This document shows positions 29,472-38,739 of a stretch of 64,000 nucleotides of DNA, piece after piece. Position numbers and translations under genes: made by a program. Each line of letters begins with the position of its first letter. Position 1 is the stretch's first letter. The stretch comes from Escherichia phage Lw1. The stretch is from sequence record KC801932. One strand, given 5' to 3'. A model generated the notes under the pieces. The model ran no database searches. It was not told the DNA's origin and was given only the letters and a program-made list of their open reading frames with translations.

Positions 29472-30137
29472 TTATTTCTCGTTTAGTTTAGTTAAGGTTT
29501 GTTTCATTAAATTTCGGTATTTTACGATTTCTTCGTCACTGATTTCTACTAATTTTCTGTATGCGTTTAGTTTTTTGCTAAATTCATTCCAGACAAAATC
29601 CGTTGCGATTTCATCGTGTTTATTTATGATGTCTAAAAATGAGTCGAGAATCAAGAATGATTCGTAAGAAATCACTCCAGACTGAACGAGTTTACTGATA
29701 TAAGAAGTGGATGATTTTACGCTATACTGAAACACCGTTGAGAGGGGAATACCTTTCATGCGGGAAAATTCATACAGGTTTTTTACATCGTCCACGAAAA
29801 TATTATCAATTCGTCGCAACTTACCAATGTATTGACGATAAAACACGATCGTATCTTCGTCTATATCCCCAACCCAAAAGTCGGGGTTAGCCACCATGTT
29901 GCAGAGTAGTATAAGGTAAATTTCCTTGAAAGTAAACCTTTCGGCTAACTTCGTGAAGAAATACTTATCCTTTCTCTTCTGGAACGCGTGTTCAGTGATC
30001 TTTATTTCCCATTTGTACTTGATCGCGTCATATCTTCCCGCGAAATGGTTTTTCATCACCAGATACAGCTTGTACACCGCGATCGGTTTCAAACGGGAAT
30101 TTGCCTCTGAACCGACAAACGGGGTTTTAAATTTCAC
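29472..30137 (-). CDS. 59: helicase loader
   Basis: 221 aa directly upstream of gene 32; T4 gp59 size. Confidence 0.8.
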   Translation of the reverse strand: MKFKTPFVGSEANSRLKPIAVYKLYLVMKNHFAGRYDAIKYKWEIKITEHAFQKRKDKYFFTKLAERFTFKEIYLILLCNMVANPDFWVGDIDEDTIVFYRQYIGKLRRIDNIFVDDVKNLYEFSRMKGIPLSTVFQYSVKSSTSYISKLVQSGVISYESFLILDSFLDIINKHDEIATDFVWNEFSKKLNAYRKLVEISDEEIVKYRNLMKQTLTKLNEK

Positions 30138-30385
30138 ATGAAATCATCCAGGGTTTGCGTTGTTGCGTGGTCTTTAGCCACAGAAGGACGCAGCAAATTG
30201 TTTTTGATTGCTTCATCGCTAATCTTGTCAATGATAGCTTTCGGAACAGTTTTGTTCAACATCGAATAATCGATGCTATTTTCATCCATCCATTGTAACG
30301 TTGCTTCCATGTAAGTTGCCCCTTCCGAGGCAACCAGATTTTCGATGTATAAGCCAACTTCGGTTTTATTTCCAATTTCGCTCAT
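30134..30385 (-). CDS. 33: late transcription co-activator (gp33-like)
   Basis: 83 aa between dsbA and 59; positional. Confidence 0.5.
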   Translation of the reverse strand: MSEIGNKTEVGLYIENLVASEGATYMEATLQWMDENSIDYSMLNKTVPKAIIDKISDEAIKNNLLRPSVAKDHATTQTLDDFM

Positions 30386-30386
30386 A

Positions 30387-30650
30387 TTACGCCTTATCGA
30401 TCACATCGTAAAGCTGAACCAGTTCGTTGTTTTGTTCTTCGAACTCGTTACGCGCCTGGTTGTGATACAGGTTGAACAGTTTGGTAAAGGTTTTACCATC
30501 GATACCGTAATCAGTTTTAGCTTTGGATTTGATATCCTTCAACGTACCCTGATGGATCTCGATCTGGGTTTTCACGTTGGACGCTTCTTTGATCATGTCT
30601 TTGATTGCTTTTGCAATTTCAGGGTTTTCTTGCAGTAATTCAATGCTCAT
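30387..30650 (-). CDS. dsbA: double-stranded DNA-binding protein DsbA
   Basis: 87 aa (T4 DsbA 89); position between rnh and 33. Confidence 0.7.
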   Translation of the reverse strand: MSIELLQENPEIAKAIKDMIKEASNVKTQIEIHQGTLKDIKSKAKTDYGIDGKTFTKLFNLYHNQARNEFEEQNNELVQLYDVIDKA

Positions 30651-30658
30651 TTGTTACC

Positions 30659-31594
30659 TCAAAAGTCACTTAATTTTTCAAACATACGGACAAGTTTGTT
30701 TTCCATGAAGTATTTCTCCATTTTAGCCTTGTTGCCCGATTTCGGATTATTGTACGCCTTTTCGATTTCATCTGCAACATCTTTTGGAATAAAATCGAAA
30801 TCACGTAGTTCTTCGTTTTCCCTGTACCTTGCGGCCCACTCAGGGGTCATATGGACAGTAGGGTCGTCCGCATCCAGCCACAATTCCAGTTCATTAGCGC
30901 GGATTTGCGGGGCGCGTTCACCTTCAACTTTCGTAACAATATAGTCGTTTCTCATTTTAATACAAGCGATACTATCTTTTTTATCGCCCTTAATGATCTT
31001 CATACGTAAATCATTACGAGGTGTACCGTATTTCGGCGTAACCCATTTCTTTTGGGTAGGCGACCATTGTCGAACACCCTGATATTTTTGCAGCGCGGTA
31101 AAGTCACTATCCGCTGATACAATCAGGACTCGCTTACCTTGCGCTACTGCGTTTTTCGTAACGACACCGATAATATCATCGGCTTCTGCGAAGTCAACCC
31201 TCAAACCTTTGTACGGAAGATTCTCGCGGATCTCGTCGTAGGTCGGATGAAGGAAACCGTTCAGAAAATCCCAGTCCCATTCGGATTCCGCGTGTTCCAT
31301 TTGTCGTTTCTTTTTGTAGTACCAGGCTTTACTTCTTCGCCAATACTTGTTATCATCAAAGGCTAAGACAATTTCTGGGTACTCACCTTTGAATTTAACC
31401 ACGTTGTACCGGATTGTGTCAAGAACAATGTGACGAATAATTTGTTGATTGATGTCTTTCTGGTCTTTCGGCTTGAAGTTGTTCATCAACGTTGCTACCG
31501 AAAGGTTTGAAATATCTATACACATCACATCAACAGGATCATCTTCATTGCTCATTAAACTGTTCAGATTGAACATTGAAGCAAATGAACTCAT
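30659..31594 (-). CDS. rnh: RNase H (5'-3' flap endonuclease)
   Basis: 311 aa from ATG (MSSFASMF) with GAGGT SD; CIDISN, YWRR, WDWDF, SADSDFTALQKY, VRQWSP, KGDKKDSIA, TKVEGERAP parallel T4 RNase H. Confidence 0.85.
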   Translation of the reverse strand: MSSFASMFNLNSLMSNEDDPVDVMCIDISNLSVATLMNNFKPKDQKDINQQIIRHIVLDTIRYNVVKFKGEYPEIVLAFDDNKYWRRSKAWYYKKKRQMEHAESEWDWDFLNGFLHPTYDEIRENLPYKGLRVDFAEADDIIGVVTKNAVAQGKRVLIVSADSDFTALQKYQGVRQWSPTQKKWVTPKYGTPRNDLRMKIIKGDKKDSIACIKMRNDYIVTKVEGERAPQIRANELELWLDADDPTVHMTPEWAARYRENEELRDFDFIPKDVADEIEKAYNNPKSGNKAKMEKYFMENKLVRMFEKLSDF

Positions 31595-31671
31595 TTCAAT
31601 ACCTCGTTGTTGTTGAATGAAGCTGATTATAGTGATCACTTTTTCAAAGTCAATAGATCATTTCAAGATTC

Positions 31672-31812
31672 TGAGCGAAGCGAAGGACACGAACGAAGTG
31701 AGTGTCTAACTACATAACTACACTTTTAAATTTTTATATTTTATATATAGAGAAAAATGTAGTTTTTGGTATGTTTTTTAACCAATCTTACCTATCCGTT
31801 TCGCTTCGCTCA
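31672..31812. repeat. 13-bp perfect inverted repeat (TGAGCGAAGCGAA / TTCGCTTCGCTCA) flanking an AT-rich 115-bp core
   Basis: read directly in the rnh/55 divergent intergenic region; GCGAAG-type sub-repeats on both arms. Confidence 0.7.
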
Positions 31813-31916
31813 CGGAAACGCTTCGCGTTGATTTTATTAAATAATATAGATTGGAAGTAGGTTTGAAACCTGTAATTCCATCAGCTATAATGAATGTATT
31901 CAATTTGGAGAATATA

Positions 31917-32432
31917 ATGACTACTAAGATTTATGCAGATAATGATAAGCTGTATCCGGTTATGTGTAAGTGGAAACAGCAGATCCGTGAAACTGGAGAT
32001 CGCAAAATGCCTGATGACCTGGGTATTGCAATCATGAACATCGCTCACGGTTTGGCCCGTCGATACAACTTCAACCGTTATTCCGAAGATTGGAAAATGG
32101 ATATGATCGATGATGGTATTTCCGCTACGATTTCCGGTTTACACAACTTTGATGAAACCAAATATACAAACGTTTATGGGTATATCAATAAGGCTTGTTG
32201 GCAAGCGTTTGTAACCCGCATTCTCTACGAAAAGAAAGAGAACGCGAAGAAATACAAATACTTCCTGGAACACGTTTACGATAGTGACGATGCTGATATG
32301 ACTTCGATAGCTGATGAAACTTTCATTCAGGATATTCATGATAAATTAAATCAGTATGAAGAGTCCGCGAAAAAACCGAAGGATAAAATCGAGGTTGTGG
32401 ACGAATCGCCAACTTTGGAAATGTTTCTATGA
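31917..32432 (+). CDS. 55: late-promoter sigma factor
   Basis: 171 aa from ATG after GGAG; DDLGIAIMNIAHGLARRYNFNRYS parallels T4 gp55. Confidence 0.85.
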   Translation: MTTKIYADNDKLYPVMCKWKQQIRETGDRKMPDDLGIAIMNIAHGLARRYNFNRYSEDWKMDMIDDGISATISGLHNFDETKYTNVYGYINKACWQAFVTRILYEKKENAKKYKYFLEHVYDSDDADMTSIADETFIQDIHDKLNQYEESAKKPKDKIEVVDESPTLEMFL

Positions 32433-32656
32433 AAATTAAAATTGACCTGAACAAAATTTTAGCAGACGCTGAAAACGAAATTGATCTGCTTCCGTACCTC
32501 GTGAAATTAGAGTTGCAGAACGTAGGGGTTCCGGTTATTATCGACCCTACTGATGTACGAGATCCAGACTTTGCTATAGAAAGCGGACGACTGGACTATG
32601 TAATAAATGCCGAAACAATGATCATGGAGATCACTTACTATGACCGAGCAGCATGA
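32429..32656 (+). CDS. hypothetical protein
   Basis: 75 aa; overlapping start/stop with gene 55. Confidence 0.45.
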   Translation: MKIKIDLNKILADAENEIDLLPYLVKLELQNVGVPVIIDPTDVRDPDFAIESGRLDYVINAETMIMEITYYDRAA

Positions 32657-32987
32657 AGTAATCGACGAAGTAGTACACGACAAAACAGCCACAGAACTTC
32701 GTGAAGAAGAACTGGAATCCCTGAAAGGTACGCGTGTTGAACAGGAAGCGCTAAGCAAAGCACAGAAGTATATGCGAAAGAACCGCGCTGAATGGAAACG
32801 ACTTCACAAACACGCAGAAAATGCCCTGTTCGATGGTAACAAAGCACAGTATGTGTACGCTATCAAAAAGATGCGTGATATGCTTAAACAGCCATACAAC
32901 GATGAACTGATTGAAACGATGTGGATCACTTCAAATCAACAGCTTAAAGATCTATTCGTAATGGCTTCCGAAAAATACGGCAAATAA
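32640..32987 (+). CDS. hypothetical protein
   Basis: 115 aa; followed by terminator hairpin. Confidence 0.5.
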   Translation: MTEQHEVIDEVVHDKTATELREEELESLKGTRVEQEALSKAQKYMRKNRAEWKRLHKHAENALFDGNKAQYVYAIKKMRDMLKQPYNDELIETMWITSNQQLKDLFVMASEKYGK

Positions 32988-33004
32988 ACCCCTTCGGGGG
33001 TTTT
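32987..33004 (+). terminator. intrinsic terminator (AACCCC-TTCG-GGGGTT + T-run)
   Basis: GC stem with UUCG tetraloop followed by TTTT, immediately after the 32640..32987 stop. Confidence 0.6.
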
Positions 33005-33013
33005 GAGGTATAT

Positions 33014-34033
33014 ATGAATTATGTGTTAATTGGCGATACACATGCAGGACTTCGCCAGGATAACCCCTGGAACGAAGATAACCTGTATGAAGTATTCAAA
33101 CAGATAGTAGCGTATTGCAAAGAACATGGGATCACTCGCGGTTTCCATGCGGGTGATTTCTTTGATGTTCGAAAAGCAACCACACAGACAACGATGAATT
33201 TCGTTCGTGAAAAGCTGGTTCCTCTTCTGACTGAGGCTGGGATCGTTATCGATACTTTGGTTGGCAACCACGATTGCCAATTTAAAGACAAAATCCGGCC
33301 CAACGCGCCGCGCGAGATACTCAGTCAGTATGAATGCTTTAATGTCATCGACGAACCGACCACAGTCGATTTAGGCGGTGGAAAATCGATTGACCTGATC
33401 CCGTGGATTTGTCAGGAAAACAGTCATAGGATTTTCGAGTTTATCAAACAGTCAAAATCAAATTTCTGTCTGGGACACTTCGAACTTTCTGGTTACTATT
33501 TCTACAAAAACAGTAAAGCGGATCACGGGCTTGAACCGGACTTCTTGAAAAAGTATGAACGCGTTTACTCTGGACACTATCACCATGCAAACGAAGGTGA
33601 TAACGTGTTTTACATCGGTACACCGCTTACTATGAGCGCCAACGATGAAGACGAAACACGCGGGTTTTATGTGTTCACTGGTAAACCTGAACTCACTTTC
33701 ATTGCAAACCCAGTGTGCCACCATCGCCGGATTATGTACCCGTCACAGAAAGATGTTGATCTGGAAGAGTACCGCAATTGTTCTGTGCGTCTGATCGTGA
33801 GTGAAGTTGACAACGGCCTTGCGAAGTTCCAGACGAAGATCGAAGAAATCGCATACGAAATCAGCATCATAGATAAAATTCAGACTGATGCAACCGTAGA
33901 TACTGACTTTGAGATCAAAACCGTCCGTGGGCTAATCAGCGAATATGTTGCTAATATGCAAATAAGCGACGACGAAAAAGAAGATGTTAACAAGCTGATA
34001 AGTGAACTTTACGCGGAGGTGTCAAGTGCATAA
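33014..34033 (+). CDS. 47: recombination endonuclease subunit (Mre11-like)
   Basis: 339 aa (same as T4 gp47); phosphoesterase motifs GDTHAG, GDFFD, GNHD, GHxH. Confidence 0.9.
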   Translation: MNYVLIGDTHAGLRQDNPWNEDNLYEVFKQIVAYCKEHGITRGFHAGDFFDVRKATTQTTMNFVREKLVPLLTEAGIVIDTLVGNHDCQFKDKIRPNAPREILSQYECFNVIDEPTTVDLGGGKSIDLIPWICQENSHRIFEFIKQSKSNFCLGHFELSGYYFYKNSKADHGLEPDFLKKYERVYSGHYHHANEGDNVFYIGTPLTMSANDEDETRGFYVFTGKPELTFIANPVCHHRRIMYPSQKDVDLEEYRNCSVRLIVSEVDNGLAKFQTKIEEIAYEISIIDKIQTDATVDTDFEIKTVRGLISEYVANMQISDDEKEDVNKLISELYAEVSSA

Positions 34034-34085
34034 ACGATATGAAAAATATTTTGGGGAAACCCCATTGTATTTGCCACTGCTTACG

Positions 34086-34301
34086 ATGTTCGGTATTGAC
34101 CATATTGTAAGCGAAAGCGATGATAGTGTATGTTTGACGTTCGTTAAAGGGAACTGGCATTCTTCAAGAACGTTTTCTATCCTGATGCTTGATGCGTTAG
34201 ACGATGATACATTGTCATATGCTCTTGAGGTCGAACTCGTTAATATGGTTGCAGAACTTAGTGAAGGTATTTTAAGTGAAACTAAACTTCAAAAAAATTA
34301 A
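34086..34301 (+). CDS. hypothetical small protein
   Basis: 72 aa from first ATG of track ORF 34002..34301; overlaps gene 46 start; weak. Confidence 0.25.
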   Translation: MFGIDHIVSESDDSVCLTFVKGNWHSSRTFSILMLDALDDDTLSYALEVELVNMVAELSEGILSETKLQKN

Positions 34302-35967
34302 GTATCAGAATATTCTGTCGGTAGGGAATACCCCGATCGAACTTGAATTCGATACTGCAAAGAAAACCCTGATCACGGGTAAAAATGGTGGTGGTAAATC
34401 CACACTGATCGAAGCGTTGACGTATGCTCTTTTTGGTAAGTCATTTCGTGATTTAAAAGTCGGGCAACTGGTAAACAGTGTCAACAAAAAGAAATGTCTG
34501 GTTGAACTGGATATTGAATACGGGAAAGATTCGTACAAAGTCGTTCGCGGACAAAAGCCGAAAGTATTCGAGATCTGGAAAAACGGTGATAAGTTAGCAG
34601 AAGATTCAGCAGCGGGTGATTATCAATCTCAGCTTGAATCCATGCTCAATATTAACCTGGTTGGATTCAAACAGGTAATCGTTTTGGGTACTGCTGGCTA
34701 TACTCCATTCATGGAACTGAAAACACCGGATCGCCGTAAACTGGTTGAAGACCTGTTGTCGCTATCGGTTATCAGTGAAATGGATAAGCTGAACAAATCA
34801 TATGTCCGTGGTGTTAATCAGCAGTTGGATACCCTGTCAATGCAGGTTAACCACATCCAGCAGCAGATCGCTACACACCAGCGCTTCATTGATGAACAGC
34901 GAGCTAAAGCGAACCAGAACAACGCACGATACAAAGAGATCTACGATAGCCACGTTGAAACCGCTAAGAATATCAAAGCACAGCTTATGCAGTTGCAAGC
35001 GGAGATCGCAGAAACGGTGATCACTGGCGCAGACCGAACGGAAGATATAAACAAACTCCGTGATGGATATACGCGCCTCTCTATGACTGTAGAACAGTTT
35101 AAAAAGCTGGAAGTGATGTATCAGAAAGGTGGTGAGTGTCCGGCCTGTAAACAGGCGATTACGCCCACTCCTGAACGCATGGAAGAGATCGCAAACAACA
35201 TCAAAGCGGGTACGCAACGATTAACGCTGATCAAAACCAAACAGGACGAGTTGCAAGGCATTATGAACGAGTTGCTTCAACAGCAACGCGCACTGAATGC
35301 TATGAAAACGAAATACGAAGCCCTGAAAGGTACGCTGCAAAATGAAGTTGCCAACGCTAAACGCGCACAAGCGATCATGGAACAGGCAAGCGCGGAAGTT
35401 GTTATTGATGAAGAACCTGTTAAGCAGTTGCAACAACAGGAAGCAGATCTGAACGATAAACGTCAAGGATATGTGAAAGAAAAATATATCCGTGGTATCG
35501 TTACAGATATGTTAAAAGATTCGGGTGTAAAAGCCAGCATCGTAAAACGTTATATCCCGTACTTCAACAAGCAGATCGCATACTATCTGGATCTGTTGGG
35601 CGCTGACTACCAGTTCACGTTAGATGATGAATTCAACGAATCAATCAAATCACTGGGGCGCGATGATTTTAGTTACGCATCATTTAGCCAGGGTGAACGC
35701 GCACGAATCAACTTATCGATTCTGTTTACATGGCGCGACGTAACAAGCAAAGTTTCCGGCGTGGACCTGTCTCTTCTGATTATGGACGAAGTTTTCGATA
35801 ACGCTCTTGATAAAGAAGGTGCGTTTGCTGTAGGGGCTGTTCTGAATGGTATTGATGGTAATATCATGGTGATTAGCCACAACGATTTAGACCCTGGTGA
35901 TTTCGATCGTCATATCGTCATGGCTAAATTGGGGCGCTTCTCGAAGATGGAAATCAAGAAGTCTTAA
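34276..35967 (+). CDS. 46: recombination endonuclease subunit (Rad50/SbcC-like ATPase)
   Basis: 563 aa; GTG start; Walker A GKNGGGKS, central coiled coil with CPAC zinc hook, C-terminal signature/Walker B. Confidence 0.9.
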   Translation: MKLNFKKIKYQNILSVGNTPIELEFDTAKKTLITGKNGGGKSTLIEALTYALFGKSFRDLKVGQLVNSVNKKKCLVELDIEYGKDSYKVVRGQKPKVFEIWKNGDKLAEDSAAGDYQSQLESMLNINLVGFKQVIVLGTAGYTPFMELKTPDRRKLVEDLLSLSVISEMDKLNKSYVRGVNQQLDTLSMQVNHIQQQIATHQRFIDEQRAKANQNNARYKEIYDSHVETAKNIKAQLMQLQAEIAETVITGADRTEDINKLRDGYTRLSMTVEQFKKLEVMYQKGGECPACKQAITPTPERMEEIANNIKAGTQRLTLIKTKQDELQGIMNELLQQQRALNAMKTKYEALKGTLQNEVANAKRAQAIMEQASAEVVIDEEPVKQLQQQEADLNDKRQGYVKEKYIRGIVTDMLKDSGVKASIVKRYIPYFNKQIAYYLDLLGADYQFTLDDEFNESIKSLGRDDFSYASFSQGERARINLSILFTWRDVTSKVSGVDLSLLIMDEVFDNALDKEGAFAVGAVLNGIDGNIMVISHNDLDPGDFDRHIVMAKLGRFSKMEIKKS

Positions 35968-36664
35968 ACTTACAGTTGTCAAAATGCCATCGTTTCATAT
36001 TGGTGGCATCACCAACTTTAGCGCAATGGGGGCAAGTTAATTGCTCCCTTTTCTTTTGTATTTTTCTGTCTGGGTTCTTGGTACAATATGGAATATGACT
36101 GTTCAAGTAATGCACTGTCGATTCTGTACCACAATGAGGACAAGAACCGCGCTCCGATACTACGTTTCTGTTTTTATGTGCTCGCATGACTCCTGCAAAT
36201 GCATTCACTTTCCCTTCATTGCCTGGCTTGTTCTTGCAGTTGTCGAAGTGCCAGCGGTTCATATTACCTACTAAGCCGGACGTATTGCAATGAGGACACG
36301 TAACCCTGTTCTGTTGAAGTTTGGCCTGTCTCATGCGTAAGCGTGTCTCTTCGCTGAACTCTTTTTGTTTCTGGGCTTCAAGTGCTTTTTCTTTTAACCA
36401 TCCATAGCGGCGGTTTGCTGTACGCGCAGACGATCGAGAAGTGCCGACTGTAAGCATGTTAGCAGCATAAATTAGTTTATGGTTGCCTGGATACATCTTA
36501 ACCAATAGCAGATGTGCTATGAAATGTTGACGTGCTGACAGTTCAACCAGATTTTCGGGATCGTCCGATCCTCCCATACATTTTGGAACGATGTGGTGTT
36601 TCTCTTTGTACTCTGCATCCGTTCCGGCAGTCATGAGTTGTTCGTAAATCTTATGATAATTCAT
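35954..36664 (-). CDS. HNH homing-endonuclease-like protein with three C-terminal zinc-finger repeats
   Basis: 236 aa; HNH core HHIVPKCMGGSDDPENLVELSARQHFIAH; three copies of CPHC-x12-14-(R/K)WHFDNCK; opposite strand to flanking genes. Confidence 0.8.
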   Translation of the reverse strand: MNYHKIYEQLMTAGTDAEYKEKHHIVPKCMGGSDDPENLVELSARQHFIAHLLLVKMYPGNHKLIYAANMLTVGTSRSSARTANRRYGWLKEKALEAQKQKEFSEETRLRMRQAKLQQNRVTCPHCNTSGLVGNMNRWHFDNCKNKPGNEGKVNAFAGVMRAHKNRNVVSERGSCPHCGTESTVHYLNSHIPYCTKNPDRKIQKKREQLTCPHCAKVGDATNMKRWHFDNCKFKTS

Positions 36665-36712
36665 GATGATAAACCCTGTTTGATAGTCCGTTAGATACCC
36701 CTATTTAGGAAC

Positions 36713-36910
36713 ATGATTATGTTAGAACGAGAATTTGAATTGATGACCTCTCCAGAAGCGGAGAGGTTTTATCTTCATAACGAACTGTTGGAAGAAAAAC
36801 ACGTTGTCACTATGGAAGATGTCAAAGAAGCCTTTAAAGACAATCAGTTAGAGCTAACGCGAATACTGAATAATAAATCGTCTATGTGGTTTCTCGAAAA
36901 AATCTATTGA
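36713..36910 (+). CDS. hypothetical protein
   Basis: 65 aa; followed by terminator. Confidence 0.45.
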   Translation: MIMLEREFELMTSPEAERFYLHNELLEEKHVVTMEDVKEAFKDNQLELTRILNNKSSMWFLEKIY

Positions 36911-36936
36911 CATCAGAACATAAATACCTTAAAGTT

Positions 36937-36969
36937 GCCCGTGTACTGAGTTGCACGGGCTTTTATTTT
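36937..36969 (+). terminator. intrinsic terminator (GCCCGTG...CACGGGC + TTTTATTTT)
   Basis: 7-bp GC stem plus T-run between the 65-aa ORF and the J-domain gene. Confidence 0.7.
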
Positions 36970-36981
36970 GAGGAACGGAAA

Positions 36982-38679
36982 ATGATTAACGAAAAAATGA
37001 CACACCGCGAAGCGTTGGAAATCTTAGGGGCCACGGGTACTGAATCCAAAGCTGAAATGTCCAAACTCTTCAAACGTGCTTCTCTGCGTAATCACCCCGA
37101 TCGTGGTGGTAGCACAGAACTCATGCAAAAAATTAACCAGGCATATGACGTAGTAACGAGAACAAACAGTTCTGGTGAAACTATGATGGATATGCGAGCG
37201 CGTCACGCAGCGAATAAAAAAGCGTGGGAAGAAAAACTGGATGCGTATTTTGTTGTTGCTAAGAACTATTTCAGCACGAAATTTAACGCACAGGAATTCG
37301 CTGAATACTTCACCAAATACACCGGACAGCCGACGACCTTCACACAGGAAGTCAAGAAAGATACAATTTCCGTATCTGCTGTGTTCCGTTTCACTTCTGG
37401 TGATGCTCACTTTGATTTCGCTTTCTACTGCAAGCCAGAAGAAGGTAAAGGTTTGATGTCTCCTGATGCAAGCGCATTGGGTAGTGTTTCTGTCAATACT
37501 CTGGTACTGGTTGGAACCAAAAAACATAAAATGGCAAGCCGTGAATATCAATGGGGCAAAAACCCAGATAAGATCACACCGGAAAGCCTGTTCCCGTCCA
37601 AGAAACTTGCATCAATTTTCAGCCCGACACAAAAGAACCTCAAGTTCAAACGTGCTGACTATATGACTTCTTTCCGCAAGCACTTAGACGCAGAAATCAG
37701 CGGCAATGATATCTATGTTCCTGTAGGCGACCTGAAAGTTCGTTTCTATCGTCATGTAATGATGCGTAAAGGTGCGTATGTGTTTAGTGCGGTATACGAC
37801 CCAGCGGTAAGTAAATTCCGTTCTGCTGCAAACCTTCGCGGAACTATGTTCGAAGACGAAGACGGCGCATGTTTGGATATGATTATCGACACTTTCAAAG
37901 AAATGCAGAAAGCAAAACCGAACGTTAACGGTATTGTCAGTATCATTGACAAGATGAACGCAGAATTCGCAGCGGGACACCGTTCAGCATCTTTCGTCAA
38001 ACGTATGGCACAGCAAGCAGCAGCACCGAAGCCGGAAGAAAAGCCGAAACGCACTGTTAACCGTATCAGCAAAGATGATTATTTCAACGCATTGAAACAA
38101 GCGGGTGCAACATTCCGTAGCAACTACGGTGAGTTTGATAACGGCGCTGGATTGACTTTCCACTTCAAGCGCGAGATCAGCAACCGTAAAGGCTTCTGGA
38201 GTTTCAGCAGTTTTAATTTCATGCACTCCGGTCAACGTCATGTTGAATGGTTGAAAGATATCGACATTGACGAAGACAGCAAAGGTGCAAGTATCGGTCT
38301 GATGGTTGATACTCTGAAACAGTTGCGTGGTGTTGCTGATTGGTATACTGCAAGAAAGATCCTGGAAGCGATGCGCGATAACTTCAAAGCTGGTAAGTTC
38401 TCCGCACCACACGTTAAGAAAGAAGCCGAACAGAAACGCACTGAGGCGCAAGCTAAGGACGAGTTAGGCGCACAGCCTACCAAACCCCATGAAGCGAAGA
38501 AAGAAGCCCCAGCAGTTGATAAGGCTCACGAGGCGCAAATGGCGAAAGAGAAAGCACAGATGAATGCAACTATTCGTTCTATGCTCTCCGCTCTGGTTAA
38601 AGCTGGACGCAAAGACACGCCGGAAGAAATTAAAAAAGCAGTTGATGAAGCAATCGCTCTTTGGCGCTTGAAACACTAA
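36982..38679 (+). CDS. J-domain (DnaJ-like) protein, large, C-terminal region of unknown function
   Basis: 565 aa from ATG after GAGGA; N-terminal J-domain with HPD (EALEILGATGTESKAEMSKLFKRASLRNHPDRGGSTELMQKINQAYDVV); Lys/Ala/Glu-rich tail. Confidence 0.75.
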   Translation: MINEKMTHREALEILGATGTESKAEMSKLFKRASLRNHPDRGGSTELMQKINQAYDVVTRTNSSGETMMDMRARHAANKKAWEEKLDAYFVVAKNYFSTKFNAQEFAEYFTKYTGQPTTFTQEVKKDTISVSAVFRFTSGDAHFDFAFYCKPEEGKGLMSPDASALGSVSVNTLVLVGTKKHKMASREYQWGKNPDKITPESLFPSKKLASIFSPTQKNLKFKRADYMTSFRKHLDAEISGNDIYVPVGDLKVRFYRHVMMRKGAYVFSAVYDPAVSKFRSAANLRGTMFEDEDGACLDMIIDTFKEMQKAKPNVNGIVSIIDKMNAEFAAGHRSASFVKRMAQQAAAPKPEEKPKRTVNRISKDDYFNALKQAGATFRSNYGEFDNGAGLTFHFKREISNRKGFWSFSSFNFMHSGQRHVEWLKDIDIDEDSKGASIGLMVDTLKQLRGVADWYTARKILEAMRDNFKAGKFSAPHVKKEAEQKRTEAQAKDELGAQPTKPHEAKKEAPAVDKAHEAQMAKEKAQMNATIRSMLSALVKAGRKDTPEEIKKAVDEAIALWRLKH

Positions 38680-38695
38680 CTGATTGTGTTATACT

Positions 38696-38725
38696 GGGAA
38701 CTGTTGAAAAGCAGTTCCCTTTTTT
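38696..38725 (+). terminator. intrinsic terminator (GGGAACTG...CAGTTCCC + TTTTTT)
   Basis: 8-bp stem plus T6 immediately after the J-domain gene. Confidence 0.75.
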
Positions 38726-38739
38726 ATGAGGAAAATACT

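Noticed and set aside
31851-31916. Track N-terminal extension of gene 55 (and similar alternative-start extensions for frd, rnh, dexA and the J-domain gene)
   Set aside because: Extensions begin at non-ATG codons in intergenic DNA; an internal ATG with a proper SD matches the T4 N-terminus.
37024-38676. Minus-strand ORFs inside the J-domain gene (37024..37551, 37684..38072, 37984..38451, 38464..38676)
   Set aside because: Antisense to a long, well-supported plus-strand ORF; no starts or SDs.
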